64,000 bases of DNA from Candidatus Omnitrophota bacterium (GTDB taxonomy: Bacteria; Omnitrophota; Gorgyraeia; Zapsychrales; Zapsychraceae), in NCBI GenBank assembly GCA_028280285.1, contig JANQMA010000032.1:17091-81090 (forward strand), written 5' to 3'. The notes under the pieces are model-generated. The model was not told where the DNA came from and did no database searches. It saw only the letters and a list, made by a program, of their open reading frames with translations. Every line of letters begins with the position of its first letter. The stretch's first letter is position 1. This document shows, piece after piece, positions 8,687 through 17,017 of this stretch. The position numbers and the translations under genes were made by a program.

Positions 8687-8757
8687 AGTTACTAGTTGCC
8701 GGTTGCTTGTTGCTTGTTACTAACGCCCACTAGCAACTAGCATCGAGAACTAGCAAC
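8687..8757. repeat. Periodic palindrome, 7-nt unit (AGTTGCT / CTAGCAA)
   Basis: agttact agttgcc ggttgct tgttgct tgttact ... ctagcaa ctagcat cgagaa ctagcaac. Confidence 0.75.
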
Positions 8758-8764
8758 AGGTATA

Positions 8765-8812
8765 GAAAAACCCCGGCCACTTTTTCGCATAAGCGAAGTA
8801 GTCGGGGTTTGA
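8765..8812 (-). terminator. Intrinsic terminator after rpmE
   Basis: Minus strand AAACCCCGACTAC...GTGGCCGGGG-TTTTT. Confidence 0.7.
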
Positions 8813-8822
8813 TTGAAATCGG

Positions 8823-9032
8823 TTACTTTCCTTTACCGTAGCGTTTTTTAAACTTTTCAATACGCCCAGCCGAGTCAACAAGTTTCTTTTCACCTGTGTA
8901 AAAAGGATGACAGGATGAACAAATTTCCACATGGATATTCTGAACAGTCGAACGCGTGGGAATAGATGCGCCGCACGAACATCTGATCGTTGTTTCAACA
9001 TATTCTGGATGAATTTCTGGTCTCATTTTCAT
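8823..9032 (-). CDS. rpmE: 50S ribosomal protein L31 (zinc-binding type)
   Basis: IHPEY, CSCG, ICSSCHPFYTG, GRIEKF. Confidence 0.96.
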   Translation of the reverse strand: MKMRPEIHPEYVETTIRCSCGASIPTRSTVQNIHVEICSSCHPFYTGEKKLVDSAGRIEKFKKRYGKGK

Positions 9033-9081
9033 AACTCCGTTTATTTCTTACCACTTATCACTTATCTTTAAATTGAGCCAA

Positions 9082-9109
9082 ATTATACCACATTTTTACC
9101 CCTTGGCAA
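9082..9109 (-). promoter_or_regulatory. Sigma70 promoter for the rpmE-prfA operon
   Basis: TTGCCA, 16 nt ending TGG, TATAAT. Confidence 0.6.
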
Positions 9110-9122
9110 TTAATTTATCAGC

Positions 9123-9437
9123 CTAGCGGTGATCTCCATCGCCCTTGATTTTGCCTTCTTCTTGGCGTTTGGCGAGTTTGGCGATATTATCCTCCGCGAT
9201 ATCGCTGAGCTCAAACCCCAATTCATGGGCCAAGACCGCGATATAATAGAGCACATCTCCTATCTCCTTGAAAGAGCGAGACTTAAGCTCCTGTACATCA
9301 TAATCGCCGCGGAGGTGCTTTTTGATGCGTTCGGACAGCTCACCGGCCTCCCCGCAGACCCCCAAAAAGGAACGGATGAGCCGCTGATCTCCATGCCAGG
9401 TATTTAAACATTTACTCTGATAATCATTTAATTCCAT
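9123..9437 (-). CDS. Single-domain MazG-like nucleoside triphosphate pyrophosphohydrolase
   Basis: GEAGE...KK..R...EIGDVLYY...NIAKL..R...G.GD.R. Confidence 0.88.
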   Translation of the reverse strand: MELNDYQSKCLNTWHGDQRLIRSFLGVCGEAGELSERIKKHLRGDYDVQELKSRSFKEIGDVLYYIAVLAHELGFELSDIAEDNIAKLAKRQEEGKIKGDGDHR

Positions 9438-9452
9438 TTTTTCCCTTTCTTT

Positions 9453-9525
9453 GAATTAAGGGGACACATTACTTAATTCATTTTAATCATTGTTGACCGA
9501 ATTAAGTAATGTGTCCCCTTAATTC
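9453..9525. repeat. Perfect 27-bp inverted repeat, REP-like
   Basis: GAATTAAGGGGACACATTACTTAATTC (9453-9479) and its exact reverse complement (9499-9525), 19-nt spacer. Confidence 0.9.
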
Positions 9526-10091
9526 TATATAAATACAACCAACAAATTTACACAAATAATCCCGCGCATGGTCCAGGCGATGGTGCGTATCCAATTGAAA
9601 ATATTGATCCGCACATAGGCCTTATCATTATATTCCTTAAGCAGCGAATCATGCTGCGGCACCAAAAGAAACAAAGTAGAGAGCCAAATAACAAATATCA
9701 GCACCATCCCATAAATCAAAAGCACGGGCGGCACATGCGGATAAGGATACCAGAGCATAAGCGACGCTGTCACCGCCTCGAAAAACATAGGAAGGGCAAC
9801 TACTAGCGTCACCCGCCAGACATGCTGATTGTGGTACTTCGCAAAACTCTCGGTTCCGATATGGTCAAACAAAGGATAATTGACAATCTGAATCAACCAA
9901 ATCACCCCGACCATAATAAACGTACAAACAATATTAACCACAAGAAGTGTTTTGGCAACCGGCAAATAGGCATTAAGGTGATACGGATCAAAAACTAAAT
10001 TAATAATCACACACAAAGTGATTAAACCTACAACCGTCAAAAAAACATTAAGCAACAGTGGTCTTTTATCATCACGCATAGCACCCTCCAA
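9525..10091 (-). CDS. Hypothetical integral membrane protein
   Basis: About five hydrophobic segments; IWLIQIVNYPLF and NWIRT motifs. Confidence 0.75.
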   Translation of the reverse strand: MEGAMRDDKRPLLLNVFLTVVGLITLCVIINLVFDPYHLNAYLPVAKTLLVVNIVCTFIMVGVIWLIQIVNYPLFDHIGTESFAKYHNQHVWRVTLVVALPMFFEAVTASLMLWYPYPHVPPVLLIYGMVLIFVIWLSTLFLLVPQHDSLLKEYNDKAYVRINIFNWIRTIAWTMRGIICVNLLVVFI

Positions 10092-10097
10092 CCTTCA

Positions 10098-12254
10098 TTA
10101 ATCTTTTATCTTAAACTGAAATTTGAATTTGTAAAGAAGCGGTGTAACATAAAGGGCAATGAGCCCCGCAAAGGCCGCGCCAAAAACAATCGATCCGCCG
10201 AAACGTTGCAGCGGCGGAAAGATGGAAAGCAAGAAAATCACAAACCCAACCGAGACAACCGCAATCGATGTAAAAATCGGTTTATACAACTCTTCCTTAA
10301 TATCCTGCCAATCGGACTTACGTCCCTGCTCTTTGCGACGACGACGAATATTAATCATATGAATAATCGAGTCGATCCCCATCCCAATCGCGACATTCGA
10401 GGCCGGCGCCGAGACAATATCGAGCGGAATGCCGTAAATACCGGAAAAACCTAAAATGGTCAGCGGAATAAAAAGCACACCGACAATCGTCATTACCGCA
10501 ATTTTAATCGACCGCGAAATAATAAAGATAATCACACCAAATATAATCAAAAGTTTACCGAGCCCGTTAATCAAACTGTCCACCACAAGTTGCGATAGGT
10601 GACCTTGCAAAGAATAGACACCGCCAACAATCTCCGTTTTAAGCCCGCGTGAATCAACGATCTCCTTGAGTTCATCGATGACCTCCAGGCGCGATTGTGT
10701 GCGCCCGCCCTCATACATGCGTAGCAAATACAGCCCGTGCCGGCGGTCTTGCGTGACAAAACCTTTGGCGACTTCATCCAAGGCCTCACCTTCCAAAATT
10801 TTAACCAACAGTGACTTCGACAACAAAAAGGCAAACGGTTCTTTTAAAGCCTGGCTTAACAAAACCGGCAAAGATAAAGCCTGACCGACAGCTTTGTGGC
10901 TTTCCAAACCTTCTTGTAAATCCCACATCTTTTTAAACGAGGCGTTTGTCGTCAAGTTCTCATAGTCTTCGTTATGGGTCACAATCACCAAAGGGCTGCT
11001 TCCCCCATTGCGATCGATGTATTCAAGACCTTTATAAAGGCCACTCCCCTTTTGAAAATAAGAAAACAGGCTTGGGTCGGTATTTAATTTAGACACACCC
11101 GGAAGCACAATCACTAACACCAAACCAATGGCAACGATAAGGGTTACGGCATGTTTTTCAAGAAAACCAAAGAGCCTTTCTTCGCCTTTTAAGAAAGCCC
11201 CTTCGGTCAGCTGCAAACGACGTATGTTACGTAAGAATGCCGGATACATTGCATAAACAATTAACATCGCCACCACACAGCCAACAGCACCGGAGACACC
11301 AAAATCGCGCAACGGTTTGGCCGGCACCGTCATCAACGAAACAAAGCCTAAAAGGGTTGTCAACATACTCCAAAAAGATGCCGGAAACGTCGCCTTAACC
11401 GCGTCGATAACCGGAGTCTCCTGTGTATGCTTAACCGCGGTCTGCCAGTTAAAGGTCAAAAAAATAATATGCGACAGTGTCATAATAAAAACGATCAGCG
11501 GAATATTCGCTGAGATAAGCCCGATCGGTACATTAAAAAAGCTAAGCACAAGAAGCGTGATTAAACACGCGTTAAGACAAACCACATAGGTTCCAAACAA
11601 AATACTCTTCGATTGGAAAATCATGTAAACCATAAGCCCAAAGACAATAAAGGCAAGCGTTGAAAACAAAATCAAATCACGCGTCAGATTGCGCGCAATA
11701 AGCTCAACCATATAGGGAAATCCCGAGATCGCCAACTTGTAATCATCATCGGTAAATTTGTCGGACACTGCCTCGATTTGAGGAACAATCGTTTTGGATT
11801 GAGATAAATCAATGACCGCGATGAGAAGCGTCGATTTACGATCCTGGGCGATTAAAAGCCTGCTCCACATTGGCCCTTCCAAAGCATGCTTGAGCGTCTT
11901 CGGTCCGTCCGCGAGGCTGATGACAGAGCGCACGCCATCAATGTTTTTAATCGCGGATGATATACGCACTATTCGCTCGTAATACTGCGGCGAATCGATT
12001 GCACCTTCCACACTGATGACAAGCTCGGTGCCGGCCGAGCCGAATAATTGATTAATCTTAAGTTCGGATTGGAATTCCGGATCACTACTAGAGAAGAAAA
12101 CATTCTCATCAATCTGGGGTGTTAAATTGACACAACAGGCCAAGGTCATGATACACAAAAGTGTGACCCCGATAAACGCCCAGATTTCTCTTGTAATAGG
12201 AAGGTTTTTAAAAAACTGAACAAGACTTGTCCAGATAGGTTTATGTGAAGACAT
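10098..12254 (-). CDS. MMPL/RND superfamily transporter
   Basis: Two repeats of TM + periplasmic domain + 5 TM; TTLLGFVSL and GMGIDSIIH. Confidence 0.85.
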   Translation of the reverse strand: MSSHKPIWTSLVQFFKNLPITREIWAFIGVTLLCIMTLACCVNLTPQIDENVFFSSSDPEFQSELKINQLFGSAGTELVISVEGAIDSPQYYERIVRISSAIKNIDGVRSVISLADGPKTLKHALEGPMWSRLLIAQDRKSTLLIAVIDLSQSKTIVPQIEAVSDKFTDDDYKLAISGFPYMVELIARNLTRDLILFSTLAFIVFGLMVYMIFQSKSILFGTYVVCLNACLITLLVLSFFNVPIGLISANIPLIVFIMTLSHIIFLTFNWQTAVKHTQETPVIDAVKATFPASFWSMLTTLLGFVSLMTVPAKPLRDFGVSGAVGCVVAMLIVYAMYPAFLRNIRRLQLTEGAFLKGEERLFGFLEKHAVTLIVAIGLVLVIVLPGVSKLNTDPSLFSYFQKGSGLYKGLEYIDRNGGSSPLVIVTHNEDYENLTTNASFKKMWDLQEGLESHKAVGQALSLPVLLSQALKEPFAFLLSKSLLVKILEGEALDEVAKGFVTQDRRHGLYLLRMYEGGRTQSRLEVIDELKEIVDSRGLKTEIVGGVYSLQGHLSQLVVDSLINGLGKLLIIFGVIIFIISRSIKIAVMTIVGVLFIPLTILGFSGIYGIPLDIVSAPASNVAIGMGIDSIIHMINIRRRRKEQGRKSDWQDIKEELYKPIFTSIAVVSVGFVIFLLSIFPPLQRFGGSIVFGAAFAGLIALYVTPLLYKFKFQFKIKD

Positions 12255-12273
12255 TGGCGTATTGTATCATTAA

Positions 12274-12325
12274 AATAGGGACGGGCCCTGGTTTTAAATA
12301 TGTAAACCAGAATCCGTCCCTCATT
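12274..12325. repeat. Imperfect inverted repeat with GGGACGG/CCGTCCC core (REP-like or terminator)
   Basis: aatagggacgggccctggttt ... aaaccagaatccgtccctcatt. Confidence 0.7.
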
Positions 12326-12336
12326 CGGTCAACAAA

Positions 12337-12723
12337 TTATTTCGTCGCTTCTTCGATCACAGATTCAGCTGCCTCTGTAACCGTATCTGCAGCATCAGAT
12401 GCTGTTTTAAGGGCATCTTCGGCGCCTTCGGCTGCTCCCTCTGTTGCCTCAGCTAACTCTTCCGCCGCATCTTCTGCAATTTTCTCACCCGCCTCAGCCA
12501 ATTCTTCCGCGGCATCCTCGGCACCCTCTTTTGCTTCGGCTGCTTCTTCGGTTACCTCTTCGCCTGCTTCATCTGCGGCTTGAGCAATTTTTTCTGCTGC
12601 TTCTGTTGCCTCCGCTTTTACCTCTGTGGCTTCAGACGCCTTGGCTTGCTCTTTTTGGTATCCTGCATAGGCATATGCCCCAACAAGAAGACCGACTGCA
12701 ATAAGTGCAATAATTTTGCGCAT
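12337..12723 (-). CDS. Secreted acidic Ala/Glu-rich low-complexity protein
   Basis: Start moved to ATG 12723 behind AAGGAG; signal peptide MRKIIALIAVGLLVGAYAYA; AEDAAEELAEA occurs twice. Confidence 0.75.
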   Translation of the reverse strand: MRKIIALIAVGLLVGAYAYAGYQKEQAKASEATEVKAEATEAAEKIAQAADEAGEEVTEEAAEAKEGAEDAAEELAEAGEKIAEDAAEELAEATEGAAEGAEDALKTASDAADTVTEAAESVIEEATK

Positions 12724-12855
12724 GTTAACTCCTTTTTTGCTTCTGTTGTTAACGAAAATCTGTTTGATGCCCAACCCTGTTGGGCCGATGTCCAACATCC
12801 TCTCACCAAATCCTGATTTCGTCAAGGGATTAAATGAGAGTCCGAAGTGGTTGAA

Positions 12856-13557
12856 TCACCATGGAATTTGTGCCCCATCATAGGCGAGGAAGGCACCGGA
12901 TTGCGCAGGGGTGACATTGGCCAGGACATCGCGCAGGCCGGTAACGCTGGTTGGGACATCAATCAGGGCATTGGGCCCACCCATATCGGTTTGAACCCAG
13001 CCCGGATGAAGCAGGGCCACTTTAATATTGCGATGAGCCAAATCAATCGATAAACTTTTGGCAATTTGATTCACCCCTGCCTTAGAAGAGCGATACAAAT
13101 AGGAACCCCCTGAGGTATTGTCCTCAAGGCTTCCCATTTTACTTGTCAAAATCGCAATTAATTTTTTATCACTGCGCGCGACTTGCTCAACGAAAGCTTC
13201 TGTGACAAATAGTGGCGCGAGTGTATTAATTTCAAGCACCTTGATCCAGTCATCGTGATCAATATGGCCGAGGCTTGAACCTTTTGATCCGTAATAACCC
13301 GCATTGTTAATCAAGATATCAATGCTTTCGTCTTGAAGCTCATCGGCAAGCTTACCGATTTGCTCCTGTGATGTGACATCAAGCGCAAAGACCTTAACAT
13401 CGCCATTGTCTGCCAAGGCATCCAATGCATCGGCGTTTTGTGGATCACGACAAGTAGCCAACACACGCCAGCCATCGGCTGCATACTGCCGGGCAAACTC
13501 CAAACCGATCCCGCGATTCGCTCCTGTGATGAAGATTGTTGAGGCTGATTTATTCAT
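12856..13557 (-). CDS. SDR family oxidoreductase (CsgA/C-factor-like)
   Basis: TGANRGIG, NNAG, YRSSK, HPGWVQTDMGG. Confidence 0.92.
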   Translation of the reverse strand: MNKSASTIFITGANRGIGLEFARQYAADGWRVLATCRDPQNADALDALADNGDVKVFALDVTSQEQIGKLADELQDESIDILINNAGYYGSKGSSLGHIDHDDWIKVLEINTLAPLFVTEAFVEQVARSDKKLIAILTSKMGSLEDNTSGGSYLYRSSKAGVNQIAKSLSIDLAHRNIKVALLHPGWVQTDMGGPNALIDVPTSVTGLRDVLANVTPAQSGAFLAYDGAQIPW

Positions 13558-13577
13558 ATTAATAAGATAAAAAATTC

Positions 13578-13652
13578 AAGCGTCGTTGGTCATTGGTCGT
13601 TAGTCATTCGTCCTCCAATGACTAATGACCAAATACTAAAAACCGGCTGCTA
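13578..13652. repeat. 75-nt periodic palindrome (TTRGTCA unit), copy 1
   Basis: ttggtca ttggtcg ttagtca ... tgactaa tgaccaa; 67/75 identical to 42179-42253. Confidence 0.9.
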
Positions 13653-13655
13653 CAG

Positions 13656-15020
13656 TTAATCCTGACCCAAATGATCTAAGAAGTCACGGTTGGTGTCATA
13701 CTTACCGACTTTTTCGATTAAGAGTTCCATCGCCTCGGCGGAGTTGAGATCAGCAATCGCCTTGCGCAAAAGCCACATGCGCTGAAGATCATTATCATCC
13801 ATGAGCTTTTCTTCATGACGTGTGTTGGAACGCTTAATGTCGATCGCCGGATAAATACGACGCTGAAATAAATTACGATCCAGCTGCAACTCCATATTAC
13901 CGGTTCCCTTAAACTCTTCAAAGATGACCTCATCCATACGGCTTCCGGTTTCAACAAGGGACGTCGCAATGATGGTTAAACTACCGCCCTCTTCCACGCA
14001 ACGGGCGGCTCCAAAGAAACGCTTCGGTTTGTGAAGCGCGTTGGCATCAACACCCCCGGAGAGAATCTTACCGGAATGTGGCACAACCGTGTTGTAGGCA
14101 CGCGCCAGACGCGTGATACTATCAAGGAGAATAATCACATCACGCTTGTGCTCAACCAACCGCTTCGCCTTCTCAAGCACCATCTCGGCGATCTGCACAT
14201 GACGTTCAGCCGGCTCATCAAAGGTTGAGGCGACAACCTCACCCTTTACACTGCGTTGCATGTCCGTTACCTCCTCGGGACGTTCGTCGATCAAAAGCAC
14301 CATCAGGATGGCATCCGGGTGATTGGTTGTAATCGCATTCGCCACCTTTTGCATCAACACCGTCTTACCACTGTAAGGCGGCGCCACAATCAACGCGCGC
14401 TGCCCCTTACCCAAAGGTGTAACCAAACTCATAATCCGTGTCGACAACTCTTCCTTCTTTGTCTCCATTTCCAAACGCTCATGTGGATAAAGTGGTGTTA
14501 AGTTATCAAAAAAGATTTTATCCTTGCAAATTTCGGGATTTTCAAAATTAACCGCTTCTACTTTTAAAAGGGCAAAATATTTCTCGCCCTCTTTAGGCGG
14601 GCGGATATGTCCGCTGACATGATCGCCTGTCTTTAAATCAAAACGGCGGATCTGCGACGGAGAAATATAAATATCATCCGGACACGGTAGATAGTTGTAA
14701 TTAACACTGCGCAGAAAACCGAATCCTTCCGAAAGGATCTCAAGCGTGCCTTCGCCAAACATAACGCCGGCGCTTTCCGCCTGCGCCTGAAGGATTTTAA
14801 AGATCAAATCCTGCTTACGCGCACCGCTGATCCCCTCGATATTTTTCTCCCGCCCAAGTTTAAGCAAATCGCCCATCTTCATATTTTTGAGTTTCGTAAT
14901 ATCAAGGTGGCTCTTGTCATTAATGATTTTATCCGGCGTCTTGCGGGCCGCGGATTTTTTAGCTCCGTTGCCATTTTTTGATTTTGTTTCTTTTGTTTTT
15001 GTTTCGACTGCTTTAGCCAT
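13656..15020 (-). CDS. rho: Transcription termination factor Rho
   Basis: [42 protein letters not shown]. Confidence 0.98.
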   Translation of the reverse strand: MAKAVETKTKETKSKNGNGAKKSAARKTPDKIINDKSHLDITKLKNMKMGDLLKLGREKNIEGISGARKQDLIFKILQAQAESAGVMFGEGTLEILSEGFGFLRSVNYNYLPCPDDIYISPSQIRRFDLKTGDHVSGHIRPPKEGEKYFALLKVEAVNFENPEICKDKIFFDNLTPLYPHERLEMETKKEELSTRIMSLVTPLGKGQRALIVAPPYSGKTVLMQKVANAITTNHPDAILMVLLIDERPEEVTDMQRSVKGEVVASTFDEPAERHVQIAEMVLEKAKRLVEHKRDVIILLDSITRLARAYNTVVPHSGKILSGGVDANALHKPKRFFGAARCVEEGGSLTIIATSLVETGSRMDEVIFEEFKGTGNMELQLDRNLFQRRIYPAIDIKRSNTRHEEKLMDDNDLQRMWLLRKAIADLNSAEAMELLIEKVGKYDTNRDFLDHLGQD

Positions 15021-15047
15021 TATTGACCTCTCTTTTTCATTTTAAAT

Positions 15048-15629
15048 TTAAATATATTTATCATAAATTTTTTTTACCTGGCTTTTCATTTGTTTCTGTG
15101 TTCCTCTATTATCAATCACCTCATCGGCGAGCTTAATTTTTTGATGCATGGGCATCTGTGCGCGAATACGCCGTAATGCCTCAGCCTTGGAAATCCCCAT
15201 ACGACGCACAATCCTTTTGATTTGAAGCGCCTGGTTTGCTTTAACCACCACATTAATATCGGTTAATTTATGTAAACGCCCTTCGAAAAGAAGCGGTACA
15301 TCTAAGACAATACAACGTGCGTTTTTATGCTTTGTTAAAAAACTCTTAAGCCTCTTCCCCACCAATGGATGCACAATATTCTCCAAACGTTTTAAGCGCG
15401 CGCGGTTTTTAAACACATGCGCCCCTAGTGCTGCACGGTCAATCTTCCCTTTTTGATCAATAACATTTTTAAACACTTGTTTGACTCGGCGAATACAGGC
15501 CGCATCACTCTTTAAAAGATCATGAACGACCTTGTCGGCATCAAAAACTTTGGCGCCGAGCGTCTTAAACATTTGTGCCGCCGAGCTCTTTCCTGTCGCG
15601 AGGCTACCTGTTAAACCGATTACAAACAT
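15048..15629 (-). CDS. coaE: Dephospho-CoA kinase
   Basis: IGLTGSLATGKS, DAD, IVHP, DVPLLFE. Confidence 0.95.
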   Translation of the reverse strand: MFVIGLTGSLATGKSSAAQMFKTLGAKVFDADKVVHDLLKSDAACIRRVKQVFKNVIDQKGKIDRAALGAHVFKNRARLKRLENIVHPLVGKRLKSFLTKHKNARCIVLDVPLLFEGRLHKLTDINVVVKANQALQIKRIVRRMGISKAEALRRIRAQMPMHQKIKLADEVIDNRGTQKQMKSQVKKIYDKYI

Positions 15630-17017
15630 GCGTATACTTTTTTGTATTCTTTCGCGGATTTATCCCATGAAAAGTCCGCGTTAAATCCACTTACAATAAG
15701 CCTTTTCATTTTTGTGCTATTGGCATACACCTTGATCGCCTCTTCAATGTTTGCCACGAGCGTATCAATGCTTGGTTTTGTCATCACAAACCCTGTGCCA
15801 TTCCGTTTTTTATGCGGCACAACCGTGTCGGCCAAGCCGCCTGTCTGGTTAACAAGCGGCAGCGTGCCATAACGCATACTGATCATTTGCGACAAGCCGC
15901 ACGGTTCAAAACGTGAGGGCATGAGAAAGAAATCACTGCCTGCATAAATCCTATGCGCCAAACGCTCATCAAATTCAAAAACAGTCGCGACATTTTTCTT
16001 CATCAGCCTCATGGTACGTTTAAGCTTCTCGGTAATCGACTGATCGCCAAGCCCTTGAATCACAAACTGGGCATCCTTTTCTTCAAACTGCAATATAGCC
16101 TCAGCAATAAGGTCCGCTCCCTTTTGATGCGTAACCCGTCCGACAAATCCAAAAAGCGGAACATTAGGGCTCACCTCAAACTTAAATTTCTTCTGTAAAT
16201 ATTCTTTATGAGTCTTTTTCCCGGACACAAAAGACTTGGCTGAATATTTCTTTAAAAGATGTTTATCATGCGCCGGATTCCAAATATCACAATCAATGCC
16301 GTTAACAATACCCGTCGGTTTATTTTTCTTTTGTTTAAGGACGCCCTCTAAACCACAACCGAAATCAGCTGTTTGAATCTCGGCCGCATAGCTTTTGCTG
16401 ACACTTGTAATCATATCGCTAAAAATAATCCCGGCCTTAAGAAGGTTCATCCGTCCATAAAATTCAAATCCATTTGGTCCAAACAGTTTGGCATCGAACC
16501 CCGTTTGTTTAAACTGCTGATAAGTAAAGATCCCCTGAAACGCCAAATTATGAATTGTCAGCAAACACTTAAGCCTTGCAAACGCCGTATCTTTTTTATA
16601 TTTTGTTTTCAAAAGAACAGGGACGAGTGATGCCTGCCAGTCATGGCAATGCACAATGTTCACATCCGCTTCATATTCTCGGATCACCCCAAGCGCCTGT
16701 TCACAAAAATACTGATAACGCTCGAGATTATCCTCAAAATCACCCTTGGCCGAACCATACAGACCGACCCGATCAAAATACTTTTTTGATTTGATCAAAT
16801 AAACACGGATCGATTTACCCAACACCGTTTGCGCAACCGTCGCTGAAAGCTGCTTGACCTTAAACCCACGCGTATTAACCTCACGGTAATAGGGAATAAC
16901 AATGACCGTCGGGACCTTGATCCGCTCAAGGGCCAACGGTAATGCCCCACACACATCCGCCAAACCACCGGTCTTAACAAAGGGCACACACTCAGAGGCA
17001 ATAAACGCTATTTTCAT
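15620..17017 (-). CDS. glgA: Glycogen synthase
   Basis: KTGGLADV, HCHDWQ, TIHNL, MPSRFEPCGL. Confidence 0.95.
   Translation of the reverse strand: MKIAFIASECVPFVKTGGLADVCGALPLALERIKVPTVIVIPYYREVNTRGFKVKQLSATVAQTVLGKSIRVYLIKSKKYFDRVGLYGSAKGDFEDNLERYQYFCEQALGVIREYEADVNIVHCHDWQASLVPVLLKTKYKKDTAFARLKCLLTIHNLAFQGIFTYQQFKQTGFDAKLFGPNGFEFYGRMNLLKAGIIFSDMITSVSKSYAAEIQTADFGCGLEGVLKQKKNKPTGIVNGIDCDIWNPAHDKHLLKKYSAKSFVSGKKTHKEYLQKKFKFEVSPNVPLFGFVGRVTHQKGADLIAEAILQFEEKDAQFVIQGLGDQSITEKLKRTMRLMKKNVATVFEFDERLAHRIYAGSDFFLMPSRFEPCGLSQMISMRYGTLPLVNQTGGLADTVVPHKKRNGTGFVMTKPSIDTLVANIEEAIKVYANSTKMKRLIVSGFNADFSWDKSAKEYKKVYACL

Noticed and set aside
9453-12325. Palindromes as integron attC sites
   Set aside because: No RYYYAAC...GTTRRRY ends and no integron integrase in the window.
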